A stretch of 64,000 bases of DNA from Nitrospirota bacterium (GCA_963699545.1 CAVOUE010000006.1:160001-224000); one strand, 5' to 3'. Positions 1-10,418 are shown, counted from the stretch's first letter. Notes: a model not told the origin generated them from the sequence alone. A program made the numbers and translations.

Positions 1-171
1 AAGGCAGTGTCGGGAGCCAAAACAAAAAGAGAGACAATAGAGAAAGCCCTCAGGGAGTTCATCAGGAGGAAGAAAGCGATGAAGCTCCTCGACCTCGAGG
101 GGAAGGTGGAGCTTTCTTATACGGTGGAAGATCTGCTCGAGAGGAGAAAAAGGGATGTTCCTCATCGATAG
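1..171 (+). CDS. vapB: VapB-family antitoxin, 5'-truncated by the window edge
   Basis: Frame 1 reads KAVSGAKTKRETIEKALREFIRRKKAMKLLDLEGKVELSYTVEDLLERRKRDVPHR* and overlaps the start of a PIN toxin. Confidence 0.8.
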   Translation, partial: KAVSGAKTKRETIEKALREFIRRKKAMKLLDLEGKVELSYTVEDLLERRKRDVPHR

Positions 172-544
172 CTCTGCGTGGATTGAGTATCTGAGGCCGG
201 GAGGATCGCAGAAGGTCAAGGAAAGAATCAGAGATGTCCTGCAAAAGGGAGAGGCCGCGTGTTGCGGCATAGTGGTTGTCGAGATACTCAGAGGTGCGAA
301 AAGCGAGAAGGACTTCAACTCCCTTCGGGACTCCCTTCTGTCCCTGCCCCAGATACCGATAGATGACGCCGTAATTGAGAGGGCTTCGAAATGGGGATAC
401 ATGCTTGACAGAAAGGGAAAAGTGACTTCGACCACAGACCTCCTTATTGCGTCGGCTGCATACAAAAAGGCCAGCCTTTTGCATCTCGACAGGGATTTTG
501 AGATGATAGGGTCTTTGGTCGGCCTGGCGGGGGAAAGACTGTAA
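155..544 (+). CDS. vapC: VapC PIN-domain toxin
   Basis: LIDSSAWIEYLR...EILRGA...TTDLLIASAA...LLHLDRDF PIN motifs, 129 aa. Confidence 0.9.
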   Translation: MFLIDSSAWIEYLRPGGSQKVKERIRDVLQKGEAACCGIVVVEILRGAKSEKDFNSLRDSLLSLPQIPIDDAVIERASKWGYMLDRKGKVTSTTDLLIASAAYKKASLLHLDRDFEMIGSLVGLAGERL

Positions 545-568
545 AGCCTTGTTGAGGAGGTTCAAGAA

Positions 569-934
569 ATGAAGGTAAAGAAAGTGAAGATAGGGATAAA
601 GAGCATTGGAGAGGCCCTTGAGGATGCAAAGGAGATCATGAAAAAGCTTGAGCGCGGAGAAAAGGTGAAGAAAGAGACCGGCGTCTACTTTACGAGCCTT
701 GAGGCCTTCAGGAAAGCGGTGACACCGAAAAGGCTGGAATTGCTCCATATTGTCAAGACAAGGAACCCTTCTTCCATCAACGAGCTCGCCAGGATGGCGA
801 AGCGGGACATCAAGAACGTGGCTGATGACGTGAAATACCTTGAGCAGATCGGGCTGATCGAGAAGAGAGAGATGAACCGGAAAACAAAACCCGTCATCAA
901 CTATGACCGGATCGCCCTGGAGATAGCTGTATAG
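569..934 (+). CDS. Winged-helix transcriptional regulator / putative antitoxin
   Basis: TPKRLELL...SINELARMAKRDIKNVADDVKYLEQIGLI; RBS GAGGAGG. Confidence 0.75.
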   Translation: MKVKKVKIGIKSIGEALEDAKEIMKKLERGEKVKKETGVYFTSLEAFRKAVTPKRLELLHIVKTRNPSSINELARMAKRDIKNVADDVKYLEQIGLIEKREMNRKTKPVINYDRIALEIAV

Positions 935-957
935 ACGCTTTAAAGCTCCAGGATAAA

Positions 958-1179
958 GCTTGTGAAAGTGCTAAAGTTGAGGATGCGACGCCGAGGGACC
1001 TTCGGCATAAAGCTATTACGGACATGAAACGTGCCGGGTTTAACGATGCGTTTGTTGGAAATGTCGCCGGTCATAGTGATCCGAGGACAACGAAAAGATA
1101 TACTCATTTTTCAGTGGAAGAAACAAGGATGCCTTTGCAGGCGTTGGCTGGCAAAAACTTTCTTGAAGCGGGTGGCTGA
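958..1179 (+). pseudogene. Tyrosine recombinase/integrase C-terminal fragment 1
   Basis: ACESAKVEDATPRDLRHKAITDMKRAGFNDAFVGNVAGHSDPRTTKRYTHFSVEE...* contains the xLRH, GH and catalytic Y motifs; no N-terminal part; absent from the ORF track. Confidence 0.85.
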
Positions 1180-1182
1180 AAA

Positions 1183-1377
1183 ATGAAGGTGCGTGATATT
1201 ATTAAACTAGTAGAGGGAGATGGATGGTATATTGTCGTTACTAAAGGCAGCCATAGGCAATATAAACATCCTACGAAGCAAGGTAGAGTGACGATAGCCG
1301 GACATTCTAATGATGATCTGGCTCCGGGTACTCTCAATAGTGTTTTGAAACAGGCAAAGCTTAGGGAGGTAAAATAA
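1183..1377 (+). CDS. hicA: HicA toxin
   Basis: GWYIVVTKGSHRQYKHPTKQGRVTIAGH...GTLNSVLKQA. Confidence 0.92.
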   Translation: MKVRDIIKLVEGDGWYIVVTKGSHRQYKHPTKQGRVTIAGHSNDDLAPGTLNSVLKQAKLREVK

Positions 1378-1378
1378 T

Positions 1379-1588
1379 ATGCATCGATTTCTTGTTGTGA
1401 TCGAAAAAGCAAATGGCAACTACTCTGCATATTCGCCGGATTTGCCGGGTTGTGTTGCAACCGGGGTGACTCGTGAAGAAGTGGAAAAGAATATGCACGA
1501 GGCTATTGAAATGCACGTGAAGGGCTTATTGGAAGACAAGCTTCCTATTCCCGAATCTCAATCTTTTGCGGAGTATGTGGAAGTTTAA
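1379..1588 (+). CDS. hicB: HicB antitoxin (short form)
   Basis: YSAYSPDLPGCVATGVTREEVEKNMHEAIEMH, directly after hicA. Confidence 0.92.
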   Translation: MHRFLVVIEKANGNYSAYSPDLPGCVATGVTREEVEKNMHEAIEMHVKGLLEDKLPIPESQSFAEYVEV

Positions 1589-1732
1589 GCGGACATGAAA
1601 AAAACAGGGTTTAATGATGCATTTGTCGGCAATGTTGCGGGGCATAGTAATCCTCGAACAACAAAGAGGTATACACATTTCTCTGTAGAGGAAACAAGGA
1701 AGCCATTTCAAGCTTTGTGTCTTAAGAAATGA
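1589..1732 (+). pseudogene. Tyrosine recombinase/integrase C-terminal fragment 2
   Basis: ADMKKTGFNDAFVGNVAGHSNPRTTKRYTHFSVEETRKPFQALCLKK*; 37/42 aa identical to fragment 1 over DMK..QAL. Confidence 0.85.
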
Positions 1733-1768
1733 GGGCAAAATGCCGCTGAGAGAAGAAATCCGGAATTC

Positions 1769-2484
1769 ATGGCGACACTTCGCAAGGCTGGACAAATGAA
1801 GCCACCTCGCTATTTGTATCGGTATATGTCGTTTAAGTACTTGGAGAGCATACTTGCGCATAAGACACTCTATTTTTGTGATTCAGCGGTTTTTAATGAT
1901 CCTTTCGATTGCAAGGCGACTTTCTCAGCGGACGGAGTTGGTGGAGCTATTGAGAAGAAACGTATAGCTTTCGAAGAAGTATTGAGAGATATGAGTGCTA
2001 AATGGGGAATATTATGCTTGAGTGAGATTCCTGATGATATCCTGATGTGGGCGCATTACAGCGACGGCCACCGAGGTGTTGTATTGAGGTTTTTGGGGGC
2101 GGGTCTTTCGGAACTCGGTTCTTGCAGAAATGTTCAATACCACGATAGTTTAGTAGATTATCGAGCTTTTGAGGACGCATGGAAGGAGCCGGGAAAGCAA
2201 TTCGAACAATTCGTGCTGAGAAAATCGTGGCATTGGGAATACGAAAGGGAATGGAGGGTTGTTGACAAAGGCGTTGGGTTCAAAAAGTTTGCTCCGGAAA
2301 TGCTTACGGCATCATTCTTGGCTGCCAGGCGAACTCCCGCCATACGGAGGAAGTACAAAAATATAGAGCGCAGTATGGCATAAACGTTGATGTGTTTAAA
2401 GCAAACAAATCGCGAAACCGGTATTGTGTGGAGATTGAATTATTGAAGGAGGGTGGTTCAACTTTTGCAGAAAGTGCTGCTTGA
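1769..2484 (+). CDS. DUF2971-like protein, one frameshift near 2305
   Basis: LYRYM...FNDPFDC...ILCLSE..DDILMWAHYSDGHRGV...KSWHWEYEREWR; the GIILGC C-terminus continues in another frame to the stop at 2484. Confidence 0.75.
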
Positions 2485-2585
2485 TATTATTGGATTATTT
2501 TTATTATAAGATTTATTATTTAGGAGGCAGTCATTTTGGAACAAATGTGTTCTAATCAGGTGAATAAGTTCATTTCATTTTGTTC

Positions 2586-2631
2586 ATTCGTAATCAGCAG
2601 GTCGGGAGTTCGACCCTCCTCCCCGGCTCCA
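2586..2631 (+). mobile_element. 3' half of tRNA-Thr(CGT): attachment-site (att) scar 1
   Basis: ATTCGTAATCAGCAGGTCGGGAGTTCGACCCTCCTCCCCGGCTCCA = anticodon loop, T-arm, acceptor 3' strand and CCA; no 5' half upstream. Confidence 0.85.
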
Positions 2632-2895
2632 TTAAAAAATCAAGCAGAAATCAATGCTGTGGAAAGCGGGCTATACCCTTTTCCACAGTACGATCCTCCA
2701 AATATCCAGAAGGAGAACAAGCAAATGAACAAGCGGCTGAACAGTTCCGAGGTTCTTTCAGCCCTGCCTGTGTCAACAGTGTTGGATATTTCGGTGGCTG
2801 CTTCTCGAATGCTTTCCCGTGTAACCTTTCTCTTGGTCTCAACGTCTAAGATTATAGAAGGGATAACTATCTAAGACAACGTAAGAGGAGGATTT

Positions 2896-3300
2896 ATGAG
2901 AAAGATCGTTGTAACGCTTATCGTTGTAAGTCTTCTATCCTTAACATCCGCAGCACCAGTGTTTGCCCACGGATGGGTCATTCCTGCGGCCATTATCGGT
3001 ACGGTAATCAATCTTGCAGCCACAGCAGCCGCAGCACCAGCGACATACGGTTATGCGCCTGGAACATACTACGCTCCTGGAGCGTACTATGCGCCAAGAG
3101 TATATGCAGCACCGACGGGATATTATGCGCCAAGAGCGTATGCAGCACCGACGAGATATTATGCGCCAAGAGCGTATGCAGCACCGACGAGATACTATGC
3201 GCCAAGAGCGTATGCAGCACCGACGAGATACTATGCGCCAAGAGCGTATGCAGCACCGACGAGATACTATGCGCGGAGAGGGTACTATCCCGTCAGATAA
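2896..3300 (+). CDS. Secreted Tyr/Ala/Pro-rich repeat protein
   Basis: RBS GAGGAGG, signal peptide, then (YYAPRAYAAPTR)n. Confidence 0.75.
   Translation: MRKIVVTLIVVSLLSLTSAAPVFAHGWVIPAAIIGTVINLAATAAAAPATYGYAPGTYYAPGAYYAPRVYAAPTGYYAPRAYAAPTRYYAPRAYAAPTRYYAPRAYAAPTRYYAPRAYAAPTRYYARRGYYPVR
3085..3270 (+). repeat. 36-bp tandem repeat, five copies plus a partial
   Basis: Unit TAYTATGCGCCAAGAGCGTATGCAGCACCGACGAGA, head-to-tail with no spacers, in frame. Confidence 0.95.
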
Positions 3301-3395
3301 TTGGCTTTTATACAGATATGATTATTCAAAAACGTTGCGGAAATCATAGCAGCAGTATATATATATATATAAGAGAGAGAGAAGAGGCGAGAAAA

Positions 3396-4826
3396 ATGAA
3401 AACATCAGCTATCATCCTGAGCGTTTTCATGTTATTTTCGATGTCGACTGCAGTAAACGCGCTGGCTGAACAGAAAATCCCAGGGCCTCCGCTTGCGCAA
3501 TCGCTGGTCAGAGAGGGCACCTTGACGGTGAATCTCGCTAACGCCCTGAAAATAGGTTCGCCTACAAACGAGGCCGAAGCCGAGAGCGCCTTGACATCAG
3601 CCGGGATAGCGCCCCGAAACGGGTGGATTGGAGATTATCCGGTCACACCCGATGTGGTCATCGAGCTGCGTAATGCCGTAGGCAGTGCTGCAGACTCCAA
3701 ATGGCTGAGCATGAACAAACAGGAAGCCCTGAATGTCTTTGACAACGTCACGAAGGACTACGAATTGCCGGTTTCAGCCGCAAACGCGGGGCCGACAGTC
3801 AGCCCCGATACATCACCGGGCACGGATCCCCCTGACCCAACGGTTATAAACGACTATTACACCCAGGAAGGCCCGCCCGTAGTGACCTACTATGCGCCTC
3901 CGGCAGACTACTCTTATCTGTATAACTTTGTGCCCTATCCGTTCTGGTGGTTGAATGCCTGGTTCCCGGGATATTACATGCTGGCGGACTTCATTGTGCC
4001 GTTGTTTGGATACGGGTGCTGGCACCACGGCTACTGGGGCGGTTACGGGTACGGTTATTGGGGAGGCTATGGACGCTATGGTTACTGGGGCGGCTATGGT
4101 TATAACCATTGGAGGGGTTACGATCATGACGGACATCCTGGCGGCCATGGTGGTCATGGGGACGACCGGTATGCCGTCAGCAACCATTACCGTCATCCTG
4201 ACGGGGGTGCGTCCCATCGCATCGACCCTGCAAACAGGGCTCACGGCGGCTTCAGCGACGGAAACCGTGCAGGAGGACAGAGATGGGCAACCCCTGCCGC
4301 ACAGAGGAGCGCCGGCGCGATTTACAACCGGAGTTCTCATGTGAATACGGCAAGAGACAGTGTGAATATGCGCCAGCCCGTGAACAACAGGACAGGTTAC
4401 AACAGAGACTACAATCCTAACAGTGGAAGGTCGGTCAACGCTCCATCGAGGTCTTATTCGGCGAACAGATCCTTTAACAGCCGCACAAAGGCCTCTACCA
4501 GACGCGGCAAAACACGTATTCTCGGGCAGGATGGCGGTTACAACAGAGGCTACAATCTACAGGGAAGGTCGGTCAACGCTCCGTCGAGGCCTTATTCGGC
4601 GAACAGATCCTTTAACCAGCCTGCACAAAGGGCCTCCTACCAGACACGGCAAAGCATGTATTCCTCGGGTAGAGGAAGAGGTTATAACGCGTCTTTCGTA
4701 GCCAACAGGGGTCAGTCTGGTGTCGGCGGACGGAGTTTCTCCGGCGGACATGGTTCTTACGGGGGTTCCTTTAGCGGGAGAGGCTCCTTCAGTGGCGGTC
4801 GCCGGGGCCAGAGCGGAAGAATGTAA
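3396..4826 (+). CDS. Secreted protein with YW/G-rich segment and RG/S-rich low-complexity tail
   Basis: Signal peptide MKTSAIILSVFMLFSMSTAVNALA; YWGGYG repeats; internal duplication near 4395-4480 and 4537-4616. Confidence 0.7.
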   Translation: MKTSAIILSVFMLFSMSTAVNALAEQKIPGPPLAQSLVREGTLTVNLANALKIGSPTNEAEAESALTSAGIAPRNGWIGDYPVTPDVVIELRNAVGSAADSKWLSMNKQEALNVFDNVTKDYELPVSAANAGPTVSPDTSPGTDPPDPTVINDYYTQEGPPVVTYYAPPADYSYLYNFVPYPFWWLNAWFPGYYMLADFIVPLFGYGCWHHGYWGGYGYGYWGGYGRYGYWGGYGYNHWRGYDHDGHPGGHGGHGDDRYAVSNHYRHPDGGASHRIDPANRAHGGFSDGNRAGGQRWATPAAQRSAGAIYNRSSHVNTARDSVNMRQPVNNRTGYNRDYNPNSGRSVNAPSRSYSANRSFNSRTKASTRRGKTRILGQDGGYNRGYNLQGRSVNAPSRPYSANRSFNQPAQRASYQTRQSMYSSGRGRGYNASFVANRGQSGVGGRSFSGGHGSYGGSFSGRGSFSGGRRGQSGRM

Positions 4827-5299
4827 GTGAGCTGCTTTTCCTGAATTGCTCGGCAGCCATAATCCACGGCTGCCGGGCAAAAAAGAAGATTAATGCCCAT
4901 CTCGCGAGGCATGAACAGAAGAAGGAAGAAGAAACCTCGCTGAAAACAGGCTCTCCCGACTCACCATTTCTTCCTGAAATGCTGATTTTGGCTCTTGTAT
5001 TAGCCACTCAAGACTTGATAGCGAAATCGATAGAACAAATGCAGCTGTCAATCCTGAGCGTCAAGATGTGATTATGGGCTTGCCACGTTAAGGGAAATAG
5101 ACGTTGACGGGTCGAGATTTGACTGTTACTATGTAGACATAAATAAGCGATCCCGACAAGACTAAACCCTTCGATAGGAGGGGACAGAAAGCGGCGGGTC
5201 TTTAGGGCGAAGATGGCCGAGCTACCGAAGGATAAGATTGAGGTATGTTCGGCCATACTTTTTGGGCAAGATGATGTAAAGGCACTAAGGAGGTGCACT

Positions 5300-6349
5300 A
5301 TGGAATAAAGTGGAATGAACCGCAGGGATTTTCTGAAGTATTCCGCAGCAACCGGGTATCTGATTGCAGCCGGAGAGGGATTGATAGACAGGCGTGATGG
5401 CAGAGGCTGCCACGGGTGTCACCGAAGTGGACAAATTGACGATTTGGGTCCTGGCAGACAACTATTATGACACTAATGAACCGGACACCAAAATCACGAA
5501 GCGCTACCGCTCAGTGGCCGGGAAATCGATTCACGCGCAACACGGTCTTTCTTATTATATCGAGACTGTTATCGGCGGAAAGACAAGCGCCTGCATGTTC
5601 GATTTCGGACTTGACCCTGCGGACGTGATGAGCAATATTGCGTTGCTGGGGCTTGATATTGGAAAGACAAATGCCTTCAGCCTGAGCCACGGCCATTACG
5701 ATCACTATACGGGCGCGGTCAGTATCCTCAAGCAGAACCAGTCGCGGATCGCCGCAGGGACACCATTTTATGTGGGCGAGGAGGCCTTTGCCCGGAGATA
5801 CACACTCCGCCCCGGAGCAACTGAACCTACAGACCTTGGACAACTGAGTAAAGAAGATATCGAAGCCCTTGGGCTAAAGGTTGTGGAGGCGAAAACCCCG
5901 GTTGAAATTGTTCCCGGTGCGTACTTTACCGGAAACATAGAGAGGGTCACGAGCTATGAGAAAGTGCCTGCGAGTTCATCAAATAAAGCGCGGCGAGAAG
6001 ATCGAATCACGACACTTTTCCGGGTGAGCAGGCTGTTTTCTTTAACGTAAAGGGAAAAGGCCTGGTGGTTCTTTCCGGTTGTGCGCATTGTGGAATCGTC
6101 AATACAGTCAAACAGGCGCAGAAAAGTGCCGGAACAGACAAGGTTCATGCGATAATGGGAGGGTTCCATCTGATTATTGCGAAGCCTGAGCTTATTCAGA
6201 GCACAGTTGCCGATATCAAAGCGATGAAGCCGGACTATATCGTGGGGACCCATTGCACCGGGTTCAGGGCGATGGTGGCTTTCAGCAGGGAAATGCCCGA
6301 CGCATTCACCCTGAATACGGCAGGAACAAAGTATACCTTTGGCGCATAG
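5300..6349 (+). CDS. Tat-exported MBL-fold metallo-hydrolase, frameshifted
   Basis: MNRRDFLK twin-Arg at 5315; HGLSY, LSHGHYDH, SGCAHCG, GGFHL and HCTG motifs across the ORF pieces. Confidence 0.8.
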
Positions 6350-6374
6350 GATTTTAAAGATAGGGACAATAACA

Positions 6375-6407
6375 CACAAGGGGAAGTCGAATACGACTTC
6401 CCCTTGT
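6375..6407. terminator. Hairpin after the MBL gene
   Basis: ACAAGGGGAAGTCG-AATA-CGACTTCCCCTTGT. Confidence 0.6.
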
Positions 6408-6516
6408 GAAGGTTTGCTCTTAAAAATCCGCATTTGTTTCAATTTCTGATACGTGTTGGCTCGTCGGTGAAAGCCGCACCCGCGATCCGGGCTCATGAGA
6501 TGCACTGAAGCCGGTT

Positions 6517-6891
6517 TTGTGCCATACTCCTACTATGGGAGGAAGAGAGCGGCTCTATCAGACCATCACTCTCGTTGTCATTGTTCTGTTCCTTGAACTT
6601 GCTCCATGGGAAGCAGGAGTGGCGTTCTCCCTGGGGGTGATGGTGAACATCTGGATTCACGCGAACATCTGGGTGGACCTCGGGCCCGTGCAAGAGATTT
6701 TTATCGCTCCCAACTACCACAGGGTCCATCACGGGGCACGGGGACTCTCGAACAAGAACCTCGGATTTATCCTGACCATCTGGGATAGAATGTTCGGTAT
6801 CTATGTCAGCCCACGGTCAGTGGGGAAGGACTTTGCCCTCGGTTTCATCCCGACACGGAACCGTCTTCTTCGCATGATCGTGGGTCTGTAA
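6517..6891 (+). pseudogene. C-terminal part of a sterol desaturase / fatty-acid hydroxylase family gene
   Basis: WIHANI...PNYHRVHH...NKNLG...IWDRMFG; the N-terminal His boxes are missing. Confidence 0.7.
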
Positions 6892-6945
6892 GACTCCCGC
6901 GGGCGCTTATCTCACATCCGCCCTGTTTGCGAGGACACGTACTTC

Positions 6946-6973
6946 AGGAGTTCAACTCTCCTCCCCGGCTCCA
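6946..6973 (+). mobile_element. Second tRNA-Thr 3' fragment: att scar 2
   Basis: AGGAGTTCAACTCTCCTCCCCGGCTCCA matches the T-arm and acceptor end of 2586-2631. Confidence 0.75.
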
Positions 6974-7280
6974 GTTATTCTAAGCTTTGTCCACTGCCGA
7001 TTGACCGCTGGCTGTGCACTTTGTTTCACTTCGCTCGTACCGAGCATACTGTTCTGTATACTCCCGGTGGAAATATCTTTGATAGAAAGCTTTCCTCTGG
7101 TCCCACGGAATTCATATTAACTTCACACTTATAAGCTATCCTAGCCTTCTCAATTTACTTATGCCGGCTATAAAAGGAGGTGAACACTCTCTGTTTTGCT
7201 CTTCTCTGCGCACAGGAAGTCGAACGAACGGCATATTCCGTGTTTATCATGAACAAATAACATCAAAAAAGGAGGCTCGC

Positions 7281-7821
7281 GTGAAAAAGTTAACAGTGAT
7301 AGTGGCAGTAGTTTCCCTCGTTGCATTGGCAGCCGTTGCATATGGACAAATGGGCGGTCACAGTATGGGCTCAGGAATGCCGGGTGGCCCGGGAATGGGA
7401 TGTGGAATGATGGGCGGTGGCGGCATGAGTGGTCGGATGATGGAGCCCGAACATCAGATGTGGAGAACATCTTGAGAGCCTTAATCTTGATGAACAGCAG
7501 AAAACTTCCATCTCAGAAATGAAGAGCAGAATGATGAAGGAGGCGGTCAGGAGAATGGCAGACATGCGTATCGCCCACATCGAACAGAGGGACCTCCTCG
7601 CCAAAGACCCTGTGGATATGAAGGCAGTTGAAACAATAATGAAACAGACAGAGCTATTGAGGACCCAAATGCAGCTTTCCCGCATAAAGGCAATGGAAGA
7701 AGTCAAAACAAAGCTGACGCCTGATCAGAAGAAAAAGTTTAGAGAGACGATCGCGACCGGACCCATGGCGGGCGGAATGGGGATGATGCACTGCCAGGAG
7801 TGCCCCATGACAAAGGAATAA
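7281..7821 (+). CDS. Spy/CpxP-family periplasmic protein, frameshift near 7470
   Basis: Signal peptide, G/M-rich segment, LNLDEQQK and LTPDQK motifs. Confidence 0.75.
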
Positions 7822-7946
7822 GGCCAACCTTGTCTGCGAAACGATAAGGTCAGTTCTCTGAGAAACAAATCGGGGGAGAGGGGGAGAAGGACACACGCCC
7901 TCTCCCCTTTTCATATCCTCCGAGCATTCAACCCAGCGGATTACCC

Positions 7947-8361
7947 TCAGATGTATCGCGGATCCGCGGAATTAAATTCGGATGCGGAGCCTGATGCAAA
8001 ACTTTTCAGAATCTCCGGAATCTTGTTGTATTCGGTGAGTTTGTCGACAAGGAAATCCGCTTTTTCGGATACCCTCTTCTGATACCGGCAACAGGCCTCG
8101 CTGGTGAGCAGTATCACTGCAGGAACGGGGGTGATCTTTCTGATGCTCTTGATAATGTCAATGCCGAAATGCCATTGGGTCTTTGCGTCCATGAGAATGG
8201 CATCGGGTTTCATTATGCGTATGAATTTCAATGCGCTGAGAGGGTCTTTCGTCTCGCCGATAATCCGCACTCCGGGCAGTGTCAGAATGAGTTTTCTGAA
8301 CCACCGGCGAAAGAAAAGGAGACTCATCCACAATCATGATCCTCAGTTTCTTCATCTTCAT
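7947..8361 (-). CDS. Stand-alone response-regulator receiver domain, frameshifted
   Basis: MKKLRIMIVDE...KPDAILMD...VILLT...FLVDK. Confidence 0.7.
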
Positions 8362-8473
8362 GCCCTCCTGCTGATACAATGCTACAGGAAGAACATTGCT
8401 TTTCGATTAACTTCTGATTAATTTTTCTTAATGTCCCGTGCTGAAGCGTGAAAGTGCGAACCGGGAAAGGTAA

Positions 8474-10414
8474 TTACTGGAATCTGATCCGTTCTATCGC
8501 CATCGCGCCGAGGCGGGCAACGTTTTGAGAACCACCCGTTTTTCGGTGTTCATCGTTTTTTCGACTCCCCTTGAAATCAAATCCAGCGACCCCAATGATC
8601 TCCTCCCCTGACATCATGGGAAGGTAGTATGCTTTGGACTGCGGCAAGGTACCGGTGCCACGACCCGCTGACTGTTTGTTGAGCAAAACCCATGACGCCA
8701 CCCCGATCACCTGAGGGTTGACCTCAAATTCTGTGGTCTTGGCCCGGACAATCAGCTCTTCATTCTCCGGCAGAAAGATCGACCATTTCGCAGGGGAATA
8801 TCTCCAGCGTATGGCGAACCATGATGGAGAGGACCTGGTCGATGGTGTGAGCGGTCACCAGATCCCTGCTCAAACCGTAAAGCCCTATGTTCTTCAGCTC
8901 GCTCTGCTTGAGCATCTCGACTTTTCCGCGTAATTTGGACGCAAGATTGCTGATCACCACCACGACGATGATGTACACGATGAACGAAAAGAAGTATTGC
9001 ACATCGCCGACCGCAAGACTGAAGTGCGGGAGAGACAAAGAGGTAGTCAAAGATCAGAATGCTCGTGATCGCAGCCACGATGGATGGTCCCTTTCCCAGA
9101 TAGAGCGCACTCAAAATGACGGGCAACAAAAGCAGGAAGAGCAGATTGACCTCATTGAGAACGTGGGCGCAGGAGAAAGGCGATGAGCGACACAATGCCG
9201 ACGGCGAGAATACCGAGCGCGTAATTGATGGGCTGGAAAACGATAATATGCTTCTTGGGCATGAGCCTGGGATCGACCTTGGCATCCAGCAGATAGATGT
9301 CGATGTTGGGTGTTCTGGTCAGAAGTTTCTTGGGAACAGACTGAAAGAGTCCAAAACGAGGTTTCCCGATGACGATCTTGGTCACATTGTTGTTCCGCGC
9401 ATAGTCCGCCATCTCTTCCATCACATCACTTCCCTTGATCCAGACCAGGCGTGCTCCCAACTGTTTTGCCAGGTCCATCGCCTTATTCAGCCATTCTTTT
9501 TCCTTCTCGGAAAGCGTCTTGTGTCGTTCCGTCTCCACATAGAAAGCGATCCATTCCGCGTCCATATCGTTTGCGAGCCTGAACGCCGCGCGTATCAGTT
9601 TCTCCGCGTAAGGACTGGCAAATACCCCGGCAAGGACACGGTCCGTTGCAGACCACGGTCCCGCTATGGCATGGGCCCGCATATACGTGCGCATCTTCTC
9701 GTCCACGCTGCCTGCCACTGCCCGGAGCGCCAGCTGCCGGAGCGCCAGCAGGTTGCCGGGACGGAAAAATTTCTGCACCGCGCTGTCTGCCATGTCCTTT
9801 ACATAGACCTTTCCCTCATGGAGCCTTTTCAGCAGTTCCTCGGGCGGCAGATCGACCAGCTTGATCTCATCTGCTGCTTCAATGACGGTGTCCGGCACCG
9901 TCTCGCGCACACGGATATTCGTGATCTGATGGACGATATCGTTGAGGCTCTCCACATGCTGCACGTTCATAGTGGTATAGACATCGATACCCGCATTCAG
10001 TAGTCTCTTCTATGTCCTGATATCTCTTGGCATTACGAAGATTCGGGGCATCGGTATGGGCGAGCTCATCCACTAGCACCAGTTTCGGTTTGCGCGTCAG
10101 AACCTTTCCCGAGATCGACTTCCTTGAGCGGTATCCCCATATACTTGACGACGAGAGGCGGACAGGATCTCCAGGCCTTCCAGTAAGGCATCGGTCTCGG
10201 GTCTGCCGTGGGTCTCGACATAGCCCACCACCACGTCTATCCCTTCCTGTTTTCGCTGGCGCGCATCAAGAAGCATCGCATAGGTCTTTCCCACGCCGGG
10301 GGCAGACCCGAAGTAGATGGTCAGCTTGCCGCGCCCCTTTTGAGTTTCCTCTTTTTGGGCCAGATCGAGAAGCGCTTCAGGAGATGGTCTTTTGTACTCT
10401 TCGTCTTCAGCCAT
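8474..10414 (-). CDS. kdpD: KdpD sensor (KdpD-N, USP, TM, GAF) without a histidine kinase domain; frameshifted
   Basis: RGKLTIYFGSAPGVGKTYAML, LVDELAHT, NVQHVESLND, GNLLALRQLALR; ends at LGAMAIERIRFQ*. Confidence 0.85.
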
Positions 10415-10418
10415 ATGT

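Noticed and set aside
958-2484. Classical integron cassette array
   Set aside because: No recognisable attC sites (RYYYAAC...GTTRRRY) and no intI; the repeated unit is integrase coding sequence
2536-2631. Intact tRNA-Thr gene
   Set aside because: No acceptor 5' strand or D-arm upstream; only the 3' half is present
3085-3270. 36-bp repeats as a CRISPR array
   Set aside because: Units are contiguous with no unique spacers, lie in frame within a protein, and no cas genes are present
2973-3395. N-terminal CAKSVCSTDEIL repeat extension of the 617-aa ORF
   Set aside because: Alternative frame of the tandem repeat; the signal peptide starts at 3396
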